DNA from: a virus
Strand: one strand, 5' to 3'
IMG/VR virus record: IMGVR_UViG_3300036945_000814
Span: 32,001-96,000 of that record
Length of the DNA stretch: 64,000 bases
The translations under genes and the position numbers were made by a program. How positions within the stretch are numbered: position 1 is the first letter of the stretch; each line of letters starts with the position of its first letter. Below the pieces are notes generated by a model, which ran no database searches, was not told the DNA's origin, and was given only the letters and a program-made list of their open reading frames with translations. Shown in pieces: positions 54,850 through 64,000 of this stretch.

Positions 54850-55799
54850 CGTTTAGCCGTACCAAGATCACCACGTCGAACGACACGGATCTTCCCCGTG
54901 TCGTCCACCTTGGATTGAACGTGATCTGGTACGTCTATCGCCGCGCCGATCGCAAGCTCTACCTGCAACGGGAAGCCGCCGGCGCGCGTGGCGCCGAAGT
55001 CGAGATCGCACAGTTTGTGTCGGCCGTCGACGTCGCCATCGACCCCGGCGGCCTCAAGGCTTGGATCTACTTCGTCACCGACGGCTCGTTGCGTCGCATC
55101 GAAGTGACGACGACGTCGGAAACGCCATCGACGCAGGCGGTGCAGCGCAATGACGGATGGTACGAGCGCGTCCTCGTGCGCCCGTCGATGGGCACCGACA
55201 GCGCCTTCACGCCGACAGAGATCGGAGCGCCGACCATCGCTCTTTTCGATTCAGGGTCGCCGCTGACGAGAACGCTCGTCGCTATCCCACCGTCGGTGAA
55301 CATCGGCCGCGTGAGCTTCCTGCGGATCTACCGCGCCCTGTCGATCGCTGGAGCCGGCTTCCAGCTCTACGCTACGCTGCCCCTCCTCGGGGCGCCCTAC
55401 GCCGTCGTCGACGTCCCCGCGGCGACGAGCCCCGCGGCGCCGGTGTCGTGGATTGCTGACGCTGTGCGCGACGAAAGTGGCCGATACCTCGTGTCGCGAT
55501 TCTCCAGCGTGGTTGTCGACAAGGCGCAAGCCGATGGCGACATTGTGCGGATGCGCTTGAGCATGGGATCGGAGTCTGGGTGGACTTCGGTCGATCGACC
55601 GCCGATCAAGTTTGCTGCACCGACGGACAGCTACCCCTTCGCAGGTCCGAGCATGGGATCGGAGTCTGGGTGGACTTCGGTCGATCGGCCGCCGATCAAG
55701 TTCGCTGCACCGACGGACAGCTACCTATTTGCAGGCGTTCCGAGCATGGGATCGGATTCGCGATGGACCTCAAACGGCATTGACGTGCTGAACCCGTAG
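54846..55799 (+). CDS. Baseplate/tail protein with C-terminal 30-aa tandem repeats
   Basis: ATGA coupling; SMGSESGWTSVDRPPIKFAAPTDSY repeats. Confidence 0.75.
   Translation: MTFSRTKITTSNDTDLPRVVHLGLNVIWYVYRRADRKLYLQREAAGARGAEVEIAQFVSAVDVAIDPGGLKAWIYFVTDGSLRRIEVTTTSETPSTQAVQRNDGWYERVLVRPSMGTDSAFTPTEIGAPTIALFDSGSPLTRTLVAIPPSVNIGRVSFLRIYRALSIAGAGFQLYATLPLLGAPYAVVDVPAATSPAAPVSWIADAVRDESGRYLVSRFSSVVVDKAQADGDIVRMRLSMGSESGWTSVDRPPIKFAAPTDSYPFAGPSMGSESGWTSVDRPPIKFAAPTDSYLFAGVPSMGSDSRWTSNGIDVLNP
55559..55768 (+). repeat. 90/93-bp tandem repeat (about 2.3 copies)
   Basis: Units start gagcatgggatcgga at 55559, 55649 and 55742. Confidence 0.92.
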
Positions 55800-55808
55800 G
55801 ATGGATCT

Positions 55809-58800
55809 ATGACAACGAAGATCAGCGTTCTCAACAACATCGTCGGGTGGTGCGAGTGGACGTTGCGGAACGAAGACGGTTCAATCGCGACGAAGGGGGA
55901 AGGCCCCAACTTGTTCACGCGCGTCGGCCGTCGCCAGATCCCCGGCTACATGGGACTTCCGACGTACATCGTCCTGCTCGACGACGAGAGGCCGGCCGGC
56001 ATCAAAGAAGGCCTGACCACATTCAAGGTCGATCAGCTCTCCCCGTCGCCGATCAATGCGGCCGCGGTTTCCGTTTCTGGATTCATCCGCACCCTCACCA
56101 CGTCATTCTCCTCGCCAAGCGGCGTGCGCACGATCCGAAAGATCGGCCTTCAAGGGATCGAGGGTTCGGTTTTCGGTCCCGAAGAGGGAGGACAGTCGCA
56201 AGTGAGTGCCTACCTTGAGCTGTCGCCGGCCATCGTGCAGCAGCCGGGGCAGTCTTTCGAGATCGTCTACCGGCTCGCCGTTGTGGTGAATCCGGCGAAG
56301 AATCTCAAGCGATGGCAGACGACGACGCCGATCGACGAATCGTACTTCGCCGCTGATCTCGTCAACGGCGGCATCCCCGCTGGAAACTTTTTCCATTTTC
56401 TGCACAACGTGGTCGGTTCTCATTTCTTCGTCGACCAAGGCGCCGAGTACCGCGGCGTCCACATCGCCAATGGCGCTCAAAACTTCAACACCGGCGGCGG
56501 TGCGACGTTCTCGGACGGCACCATCCAACGACGAGGACGCGACACGACGCACCTCACCACCTCCGGCGAAAACGATCAGGTGGTTGGCGCCTACGGCATG
56601 AGCGCGGCCTCGCGAGGCAGCGTCAACGGCAACAGCGACGCCGCATTGCTGGACGCCAGCAAGAGCTACGGTTTCTTCCCGCTCGTCGCCTACGAGGGCA
56701 CGCTCACCAGCGTGTTCAAGCACCCTGCCGGGGAGACTTACCCGTTCAACGTGATCGGGTCGGTGGCGCTCTCGCAAGGAGCGATGGAAGTGCGAGGCCC
56801 ATTCCGGCCTGACGACAGCAAGACCCCGTTCCATTGGGGCCACCACGTTGTCATTCAAGACAGTGGCGACACCGACCCCGGCACGGAGGGCACCTACACC
56901 GTGCTGCGCCACGGATGGGTCAGCTACCCGTACCCGAGCTACTACGCGAACCCAAGCGACGACACCAACAGCCCTTGCCTCGGCCACGGCGGTCTTGCGA
57001 TACCGGGCGACGTGGCCCTCGGGGCACCGCGGCCGCAGCTCGTGTTCGATGGCGTGGACACCTATTGGTACGCCGGGCAGTTTGGCGGCATCAACGCTCG
57101 CCTCGCGCGGCAGCGAGCAGGAACCAACGAGCAGCAGTTTCTCGACGTGGTGGGCGATCTCACGAGGTACTACGGGTTCGACGTGAGAAATGCGAACACG
57201 GCTGAGTACAGCCTCGCCACCGACGGCGCGGGCATCGTGTTCATGGTGGAGGCCAGCACCCTTCTGGCGCAGCAGAAGGTCTATCAGATCGACAATCGCA
57301 AACCGGGCCGCCACTACCAACGGCCGAGCGGAGTCGTGCTCACGGCCAGCCCGCAGACGTTCACCGTTGACGCTGCCGACGAGATCCACGCCATGTTCCC
57401 GTTCGTGATCGGCGATGTCGGACGGAAGATCCGAACAGTGTCGACGCTCAACAACGGCGCCGACGTCGTTCGCACGATCACCGCGTACAACGGACCCAAC
57501 AGCGTTGACGTTGACGGCGCGCCTTTCATCACCGAAAGCGCGATGCTTTGGCACTTCGTTACCGTCACGAAGGTTTCAACGGGCGCGCTCACGGGCATCG
57601 TGCGCCGAGGAAACTGCGAGTACGACGCCACGAACGGCCGCCTCTGGCAGCTCACCGCCGCGGGCCTTGAGTTTTCTCTCAACGGCGGCGTGACGTGGAC
57701 AAAGATCGACGAGACAAACGGGCTCACAACGGCGCTGGCGAAAACCGTGATCTTGCAGCAGGGCAATGAGACACCCCGCGCCTTCGTCATCGGCAACGGC
57801 GGCAAGCTCTATTGGATCGACACGAGCAATGCGATCAACAAGTACACGCCCGTCCCTGTGACCGTGGTGAGCGGGACGCATGAGCGCGTGCTCATCGCCT
57901 CCTTGCCGGGGTTCGCCAACGGGTTCACCAAGGGCACGCTCACGTCTCTCTGCTACGACGGCACGGCGCCCGACCAGACAACGCACACCGACGGCGTGCT
58001 GTGGCTCGGACAGGACCGTACCTATCAGCGCGGCCTGTGGCGCATGGCGTGCGGTCCGACGTTCATCGCCGGGGGCGCGACGCCCTACGACAACTGGACG
58101 ATTCGCGGCTCGAACGTGAACGACTACTTGGATCACAGTTTTCAAGAAGCTGTCGTGCTGTCCGATGGGCGCGTAATGCTATGCACCGCCGTGCGTAATC
58201 AGTGGGCGGTCGCCCGCGTGTCGGAAACGACGGGCCTTATCACATGGAGCTTCGAGGGTGCCGCCATATCGGCGACGACAAACGGCTTCTACGGCATGAT
58301 CCACAGTAGGCCGGACGGCCGCGTTGCCTTTTTTGGCGGCACTTCACGGGCCGACGGGGGAACCCTCTCGGGCAAGCCCATTCAATACAGGTACAACGAC
58401 CTCCTCGACGTCTGGGTGCCGTGGCATGGCACCGCCGCGCAGTTCGATGCCCGCTTCGGGACGACGAACGGAGGAAAGCGCAAGTGTCACGCCGCCTTCC
58501 AACCCATCCTCGGGGTCGGAAAGAGCCACGGCATTTCCATCCGGTTTGTGCAGCTCGGCGTCGCCCCCGCTGACGAGTTCAAGGCTGCGGAGCGGTTCAC
58601 CTTCATGGCGGCATGGGGCGTCGCCCGCACCAACGTGCAGGATGTGACGTGGCGCCACGACTGGAGCCAAGCTCTCACAGAGACGAAAGTCGAGGCAGAG
58701 GCAATCAAGATCGCGACCGGGAGGGGCGCGATTCAGGTGTTTTACCAACGCTACACCAGCGTCGGTCCCGGCCTGCCTCTCGCTCTTGGCGGCGGCGGTA

Positions 58801-59915
58801 TCCCGTCCCTCGACAACCTCGGCGTCAACTACGGATGGCTGCCGGTAAAGGGGGATCTTCGCCTCTTGGGGGGCGGGGATGCCCCGGACACGAGCGTCGT
58901 CGGCGGGGCTGTAAGCTACTCGATCGCAAGGATCGGCCTCGACCTCGGTGTAGGGCCGCCGCCGATTTCCCGTCTTCACACTCTTTGGAGGGACGGCCAG
59001 TGGTACATTGGCCAGCGGTTCCATCGCGCCAGCGCCGATCGAGCTGACTTCCGTGTTTTCTTTTCCGACGACAACAGCATCTGGACCGAAGCGACCGCGG
59101 TTCGCTTCAAGTTCAACGGTGCTTCACAGCCGGACGCTGGCTACAGATACGCCTACTTCGCAGAATACCCATATGGCGGTGCCATCGCCGAAAATGTCGG
59201 CGGCGCGCGGTCGATGATCTTCGACCTTGAGTCGGCGGGATTGTCCGTCGGCGCACGCACACACCGCTACTGGCAGATCCATCTTGGCGTATCCGGCGCA
59301 GGCAACAACTTCGGCACCCCGTCTTTCGGTGGTGTGTGGGCGGAGGACGCCTCGTCGAATCCCATCGGGTTCACATCGAATCACAGGACCGACGAAGCCC
59401 ACGACGTCGACCACGGTGGTAGCTGGATTCGTGAAGTCGACTTCATCCAGACGCGCACCGGCCTTTCGGGGCAGGGCGGGATCAACACCGTCGACGACGG
59501 TGACGGCAACGGCTACACCGACACGGTCACAATCGCCGCCGGCTCCTTCGATACCGGGGTCATTTCCACCGTGACTGACCTCCTTGCGTGGAAAGAATCG
59601 CCCGGCAGCGGCAACGGCTTTGTGCGCAGCGGGCCAGCAGCGGCAGCGAGTCGAGGTATGCCGTGGAGTCTCGGCCACCAAGCGAGATCACGGATCATCG
59701 CGGTGAGCCCTACGACGATCCAAGTCGCGAGCCCCATCATCCCCGACAATCTTGCGGCGGTGGACTTCGAGATCAGAAGGCCGGGAACCACAGCGTCGTT
59801 CGTCGCAGGTTGCTCTCCGCGGTACGACATCCAAAGTGGCTACGTTCAGTTTCACAACGCAGACTTTGGCCGTGAGTTTCGGATCACGCGGAAAGTGATC
59901 ATCCGCCTCCCATGA
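55809..59915 (+). CDS. Large tail/receptor-binding protein (beta-propeller and discoidin-like segments)
   Basis: 1368 aa; Asp-box FSLNGGVTW; SDDNSIWT / HRYWQI carbohydrate-binding-like motifs; more A/T-ending codons. Confidence 0.75.
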   Translation: MTTKISVLNNIVGWCEWTLRNEDGSIATKGEGPNLFTRVGRRQIPGYMGLPTYIVLLDDERPAGIKEGLTTFKVDQLSPSPINAAAVSVSGFIRTLTTSFSSPSGVRTIRKIGLQGIEGSVFGPEEGGQSQVSAYLELSPAIVQQPGQSFEIVYRLAVVVNPAKNLKRWQTTTPIDESYFAADLVNGGIPAGNFFHFLHNVVGSHFFVDQGAEYRGVHIANGAQNFNTGGGATFSDGTIQRRGRDTTHLTTSGENDQVVGAYGMSAASRGSVNGNSDAALLDASKSYGFFPLVAYEGTLTSVFKHPAGETYPFNVIGSVALSQGAMEVRGPFRPDDSKTPFHWGHHVVIQDSGDTDPGTEGTYTVLRHGWVSYPYPSYYANPSDDTNSPCLGHGGLAIPGDVALGAPRPQLVFDGVDTYWYAGQFGGINARLARQRAGTNEQQFLDVVGDLTRYYGFDVRNANTAEYSLATDGAGIVFMVEASTLLAQQKVYQIDNRKPGRHYQRPSGVVLTASPQTFTVDAADEIHAMFPFVIGDVGRKIRTVSTLNNGADVVRTITAYNGPNSVDVDGAPFITESAMLWHFVTVTKVSTGALTGIVRRGNCEYDATNGRLWQLTAAGLEFSLNGGVTWTKIDETNGLTTALAKTVILQQGNETPRAFVIGNGGKLYWIDTSNAINKYTPVPVTVVSGTHERVLIASLPGFANGFTKGTLTSLCYDGTAPDQTTHTDGVLWLGQDRTYQRGLWRMACGPTFIAGGATPYDNWTIRGSNVNDYLDHSFQEAVVLSDGRVMLCTAVRNQWAVARVSETTGLITWSFEGAAISATTNGFYGMIHSRPDGRVAFFGGTSRADGGTLSGKPIQYRYNDLLDVWVPWHGTAAQFDARFGTTNGGKRKCHAAFQPILGVGKSHGISIRFVQLGVAPADEFKAAERFTFMAAWGVARTNVQDVTWRHDWSQALTETKVEAEAIKIATGRGAIQVFYQRYTSVGPGLPLALGGGGIPSLDNLGVNYGWLPVKGDLRLLGGGDAPDTSVVGGAVSYSIARIGLDLGVGPPPISRLHTLWRDGQWYIGQRFHRASADRADFRVFFSDDNSIWTEATAVRFKFNGASQPDAGYRYAYFAEYPYGGAIAENVGGARSMIFDLESAGLSVGARTHRYWQIHLGVSGAGNNFGTPSFGGVWAEDASSNPIGFTSNHRTDEAHDVDHGGSWIREVDFIQTRTGLSGQGGINTVDDGDGNGYTDTVTIAAGSFDTGVISTVTDLLAWKESPGSGNGFVRSGPAAAASRGMPWSLGHQARSRIIAVSPTTIQVASPIIPDNLAAVDFEIRRPGTTASFVAGCSPRYDIQSGYVQFHNADFGREFRITRKVIIRLP

Positions 59916-60430
59916 GCACCATCGCCCCTGTCGTCGACGCCGTCGCGGACGTGAAAGCCTTTGGCCTCTTCGCGTACCGCGGCGCGTTGTGGTCGATCTA
60001 CGTCCGCGAGAGCGGCGAGCTTGAGCTGCACCGGACAGGCGATGCCGTGATGGCCCACACGTCCATCGACGTGCCTTTCCGCAAGAGGCAGCCGACGGCC
60101 ACGGCCATCGGCGACGAGCTGTGCATCGCATGGGCGGAGCCGACCTCTGGGGCGATCTTTTTCTCGCGGTGGGATCTCTCCGCGGGCAGGTACAGCGCGC
60201 AACCGTCGTCGATGGCGGTTGGATCTTCGCCGTCGATCAAGGTCTACAAGACGACGCGCTTGGTGCTCGGCTACCGTGACGGCGTCAACCGCTTCGTCTA
60301 TCGGATCTCGGCGAACCTCGGGCTCACATGGAGCGACGAGATCGTGGTTGATCCGCTGGCGATCACCGAGGTCGACATCGACGTGTTCCCGACGAGCGAC
60401 AACAGTGCTTTCTTCGCCGAGACAAACTGA
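59912..60430 (+). CDS. Tail-associated protein (Asp-box)
   Basis: ATGA coupling; SANLGLTW. Confidence 0.7.
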   Translation: MSTIAPVVDAVADVKAFGLFAYRGALWSIYVRESGELELHRTGDAVMAHTSIDVPFRKRQPTATAIGDELCIAWAEPTSGAIFFSRWDLSAGRYSAQPSSMAVGSSPSIKVYKTTRLVLGYRDGVNRFVYRISANLGLTWSDEIVVDPLAITEVDIDVFPTSDNSAFFAETN

Positions 60431-60441
60431 AAAGGTGATCC

Positions 60442-60867
60442 ATGTCTGACGTCATCGTTGGCGGGTTCTTCGTCGACACCCTTGAGCTGACGTCGGTGCT
60501 CCCCGGCGAGGTCGAGGACAACGGCGGAACCGTGCTTGAGTTTGTGGGCAAGTTTGCCAACGCGCCCATTCAGATTTTCGTCGTCGTCTCCGGCGTCGAG
60601 GTGCCGTGCTACTCCGGCGTCTCCGGCAACGGCTACTCGCCGCGGCCGGTCACGGGCACGCAGCTCTTTGCCGTTACGCCGCCGCTGCCCAAGGGAGGCC
60701 CCTACACGATCCGAGGAAAGCAGGGCATCTTCGAGGCCGAGATCCCCGCCGCCCTCACCGTGCGCAACCGCAACTTCCGATCGCGCACCAGCGCACTCCG
60801 GCAGCTCATGCCGCCGCTTCTCCGCGCCGGTCCCCGGCGGCTGGATGTGACCGACCCGCTCGCATAG
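60442..60867 (+). CDS. Ig/IPT-like baseplate protein
   Basis: AAAGGTG RBS; LTSVLP...GGTVLEFVGKF...AVTPP pattern. Confidence 0.7.
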   Translation: MSDVIVGGFFVDTLELTSVLPGEVEDNGGTVLEFVGKFANAPIQIFVVVSGVEVPCYSGVSGNGYSPRPVTGTQLFAVTPPLPKGGPYTIRGKQGIFEAEIPAALTVRNRNFRSRTSALRQLMPPLLRAGPRRLDVTDPLA

Positions 60868-60879
60868 GATCTGCCCGAC

Positions 60880-63240
60880 ATGCCTTCCAACGTCCTCACC
60901 TTCCCGCTCGGACCCGCCGAGGCCGTCCTCGACGGCATCGGCGACGAGCTGAATGAGCTGGCGGGCCTTCGGGTCACGCGGCTCGCGGCCCCGGCGTTGG
61001 CGTCGGCGACCTCGGTGACGACCGAAACGACGTTCACATGGCCGGACACGGGCGCGTTCTACATGGCGGGCGTGCTCTACGCCTACACCGGCAAGACCAC
61101 GTCGAGCTTCACAGGGCTTACGCCGCCGGTGGCCGAGGATCTGCGGGCCATGACCCCGCTCGTCGACTGGAGCCAATCGTACAGCGCCTACGACCTCGCT
61201 CGGCGCGCGCTCCTCGTCGACTTCGCCGAGGACGAGTACCTTGATGCCCTCGGGCGAAACTACGGCGTGTTCCGGTTCCCCGGCCTGACCGACGACAGCT
61301 TCCGCTCGGCGATCAAGGCGCTCGCCTTCGCCCCCAAGGGCACCCTCGCCACGATCACGACGGTGCTCAACTACCTCGTCGGGCCGGGCAACTTCGACGT
61401 CTTCGAGGACTTGGTCAACTTCCCCAACTGCGTCTTCATCACGCTCGACGCCACCGTCGGCGCCGGCTCACAGGCAGGCAAGACGTTTTTCGGCGCGCGC
61501 GAGACGCAGACGTCGCTCACCGCTGCGACAGTGCAGACGCAGTACGAGCCCGTCGGCCTCGACGTCGACAGCGTCGCGTCGATCTTCCTCGCCCCCTTCC
61601 TGCACCACGCCTACTTCGACGTCGGCCCCTCGGCCGAGCCTGAGACGCCGTGGACGTACACCGGGGCGCAAGCCGAAGCCTCCGTCGTCACGCCCAACAA
61701 CGACGGCTCTTTCCGCTTGCAGGACACGGGCGGCGCCCTCATCGGCGCGCAGTATCAGCGGACCCTGAACGCGACGACGACGACAGACGTCTTCGTGAAG
61801 GCCGCCGTGCGCCGTGTGTCGTCGACGGTCAACGACGCCCTACAGATCCGCTTCGCCGACGGCGCGCGCGAGATCGCAGTCGGGTGGAACGCAACGCAGC
61901 TCTTTTTCTACAACACGACGACGCTGGCGCAGCTCGGCACCCCGTTCCTGCTCGACGTCGCTTCGCACACCATCGAGGTGCGCAAGCTCGGCGGCATCGA
62001 CGGCCCCACCGCGGCCGTCGAGCTGTGGGTCGACGGCGTGCTGCGTGACAGCGCCCCCTACGCGAGCTTCCCCACCAGCGTCACGCGCCTTGTGCGGTTT
62101 GGATCGTTCTCGTCCGCGGGCCTGATGGATTCGTCGTGGGCGACGTTGGAGGTGTTCACGCGCGACGAGAACACAAACTACTGGAACCAACGCAGGGTCG
62201 CCGACGGCACGGTCGCAATCGCCAACCCTGCGCGCCTGACGAGCACAGGGTCGTTCTTCGATGCGATCTTCTCCGCCGGCCGGCCGGTGCAGGTTCGCGG
62301 CGGCACGGCGCTCCACGGGCGCCACAACGGCCGCTACAAGGTCACGGCCGTCGGGCCGGCAGGCGCTTACGTCGACGTGACGGGCCTTGAGCACGCGGGC
62401 CTTGAGATCCTTTCCGCCGACACGGTTCGCTGTCCCGTGAACCACTACAACGGCTTCACAGCCGAAGACGCGGGCGTCGTCGCCACGCGCACCACCGGCG
62501 CCGGGGCCGCGGGCCTGATCTGGAAGGCACGCTACGGCGGCGGCGACGGCAACCTCATCACAGTCACGATCGTCGACCCGCCGGGCAACCTCGTTCCGCT
62601 GACGGTGAACGTCGTCGGCCCTGCCATCACCGTCACGCTCGCCACAGACGGCGCGAGCACGCCGATCTCGACGGCAGCACAGGTGAAGGCGCTGATCGAC
62701 GGCAACGTCACCGCGGCCGCCCTCGTCGAGATTGACCTCGTGCAATCGCCCGGCGGCGGCGTGGTCGCGCCCATCGCCGTCGGCAACCTCGCAGGCGGCG
62801 AGGACGGAAAGATCCTCTCGATTGCCAGCGCCGGCGCGCCTGCGAACAACGGGCTCCGCAAGATCGCCACGCTCATCGACTCACGCACCGTGCGCCTCGG
62901 ATCTCACGTCACGCCAGCGGCCCTCTCCGTCCCTGACGTTGTGCAAGCGCGATGGAAGAAGAACCCCAACTTCGACACCGAGGCCGGGCTGACGTGGGAG
63001 GTCTTCGGGGCGGCCACCGTCGCCGCCGGCAACAACCTCACGATCCAACGTCAGCTCTATGCGGCGCTCGTTCCCGTCGAGGTCGTCTATCTCACGACGC
63101 GCACAGGCTCGGTGCTGCTCAACGAGTTTGACGTCAACACGGGCGCCCTTTTCCCGTTCTACTTGGCCGACCCGCTGGCGTTCGTTCGTGCGATCATCGA
63201 CGCGATCACAGTGGCCGGCGTGACCCCGAAGTACAGGTGA
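60880..63240 (+). CDS. Baseplate wedge (gpI/gp7-like) protein with inserted LamG-like and sheath-like domains
   Basis: EYLDALGRNYGVFR..GLTDDSFRSAIKA...KGT; C-terminal ITVAGVTP; internal VELWVDG and WKARYGGGDGN...STAAQV...LAGGED. Confidence 0.8.
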   Translation: MPSNVLTFPLGPAEAVLDGIGDELNELAGLRVTRLAAPALASATSVTTETTFTWPDTGAFYMAGVLYAYTGKTTSSFTGLTPPVAEDLRAMTPLVDWSQSYSAYDLARRALLVDFAEDEYLDALGRNYGVFRFPGLTDDSFRSAIKALAFAPKGTLATITTVLNYLVGPGNFDVFEDLVNFPNCVFITLDATVGAGSQAGKTFFGARETQTSLTAATVQTQYEPVGLDVDSVASIFLAPFLHHAYFDVGPSAEPETPWTYTGAQAEASVVTPNNDGSFRLQDTGGALIGAQYQRTLNATTTTDVFVKAAVRRVSSTVNDALQIRFADGAREIAVGWNATQLFFYNTTTLAQLGTPFLLDVASHTIEVRKLGGIDGPTAAVELWVDGVLRDSAPYASFPTSVTRLVRFGSFSSAGLMDSSWATLEVFTRDENTNYWNQRRVADGTVAIANPARLTSTGSFFDAIFSAGRPVQVRGGTALHGRHNGRYKVTAVGPAGAYVDVTGLEHAGLEILSADTVRCPVNHYNGFTAEDAGVVATRTTGAGAAGLIWKARYGGGDGNLITVTIVDPPGNLVPLTVNVVGPAITVTLATDGASTPISTAAQVKALIDGNVTAAALVEIDLVQSPGGGVVAPIAVGNLAGGEDGKILSIASAGAPANNGLRKIATLIDSRTVRLGSHVTPAALSVPDVVQARWKKNPNFDTEAGLTWEVFGAATVAAGNNLTIQRQLYAALVPVEVVYLTTRTGSVLLNEFDVNTGALFPFYLADPLAFVRAIIDAITVAGVTPKYR

Positions 63241-63249
63241 GGGTGATAC

Positions 63250-64000
63250 ATGGATCTACCTAAGTTTCATCCGAACGAGCGCGTCGACCTCGGCGACATC
63301 GAGTTCCTGTCCACCGGGCAGCTCGGCGAGTTTCAGCGGTTGCAGACGAACCTCATTGTCGGCGAGGCCGTCAAGCGCATCCTCGACGGATTCAGCTTCG
63401 CCATCTTCTCGCCCACGGTCATGACCATTTCCTTCGGCAAGGCGATCCTCGCCGAGAACCGACAGACCGCCGTGCGCTACGGGCAGCTCGTCGGCGGCGG
63501 GAGCCCCGTCGAGGGTGTGGCCTCGCAGAACGTCTCATTCTCGGGCATCGCCGCGGCCTACAGCGTCTTCGTCCGCTTCGTCTACGGCGACGGCGTGCAG
63601 TCCAACCGCGCCTTCTGGGACACGATCCTCGCTCAAGAGGAAGTGCAGGCCGTCAACACGCGCAAGGTCGCCGGATGGCAGGCCATCGTCGCGCTCACCG
63701 TGAACGACCCCGGCGCCGACTGGCTGCGCATCGTCGACATCGCGTGGGATGGATCTGCGCTCGGTTCTTCGGTGATCACCGACAAGCGCACGTTCTTGTT
63801 CGAGGGGCCGGCCGACTCGACGCCGCAGAGCTTCCGCCCGACGTGGGGTGGCGGCGCAGACCGCAACGCCGCCCGCGCCACCAACGGCGTCAAGACGCTC
63901 GAACGCTTCGCCTCGGCCGTGCTCAAAAAGATCGAGGAGATCCAAAGCGACACGCCGACGACGCGATGGTGGGATGCCCCCGTCGAGCCCTTGAGCAAGA
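63250..64000 (+). CDS. Probable tail fibre protein, 3'-truncated by window end
   Basis: GAGGGTG RBS; MDLPKFHPNERVDLGD... stays open to the window end (absent from the track because it has no stop). Confidence 0.7.
   Translation, partial: MDLPKFHPNERVDLGDIEFLSTGQLGEFQRLQTNLIVGEAVKRILDGFSFAIFSPTVMTISFGKAILAENRQTAVRYGQLVGGGSPVEGVASQNVSFSGIAAAYSVFVRFVYGDGVQSNRAFWDTILAQEEVQAVNTRKVAGWQAIVALTVNDPGADWLRIVDIAWDGSALGSSVITDKRTFLFEGPADSTPQSFRPTWGGGADRNAARATNGVKTLERFASAVLKKIEEIQSDTPTTRWWDAPVEPLSK

Larger units (their letters stand above)
1..64000 (+). mobile_element. Myovirus-type phage genome segment (accessory, lysis, packaging, head, neck, tail and baseplate modules)
   Basis: Colinear terminase, portal, protease, scaffold, MCP, neck, sheath, tube, TMP and baseplate genes on one strand with ATGA/GTGA overlaps. 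No host housekeeping genes or att/integrase seen, so prophage versus free phage cannot be decided. Confidence 0.96.

Noticed and set aside
55559-55768. Tandem repeat as a DGR template/variable pair or CRISPR array
   Set aside because: Units are adjacent and in frame, differences are not adenine-specific, and there is no reverse transcriptase in the window.
1-64000. Stop-codon reassignment, tRNA genes, integrase or att sites
   Set aside because: Genes tile the strand fully under the standard code, and no cloverleaf or recombinase motifs were seen.

Overview
The window is one continuous stretch of a high-GC (roughly 68-70% by eye) tailed phage genome with a contractile tail (myovirus). All credible genes are on the + strand and tightly coupled. 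Gene order: small accessory genes (1-4.8 kb), amidase endolysin, terminase large subunit, three very large low-complexity or polyvalent proteins (7.6-21.3 kb), portal, a MuF fusion with PPase, ParB-like and kinase-like domains, prohead protease, scaffold, major capsid protein (Twort/A511 herellevirus-like architecture), decoration and neck genes, sheath, tube, chaperones, tape measure, baseplate and tail-fibre genes. No integrase, tRNA, rRNA or CRISPR array was seen. The strongest signal is a candidate protease-processed capsid-cargo system. A hydrophobic-x-K|[S/A/G] motif matches the predicted capsid propeptide cleavage site, is dense in the scaffold, and sits at domain boundaries of the giant head-region proteins. 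In four places across three genes it is followed within a few residues by the same GHKY-x-x-R...[YW]-x-Y-x-Y peptide. The bracketed cargo includes DUF5661-like, LPD1/zincin, SNF2, PPase, ParB-like and kinase-like modules, plus clamp-binding-like motifs. Other notable items: a phage MshEN-like protein, a Com-like zinc ribbon next to a structured leader, a probable +1 UUU_CGU frameshift in the tail chaperone, a perfect 17-bp hairpin at a domain junction, and apparent avoidance of several restriction sites. All family assignments come from motif recognition by eye, not from database searches.
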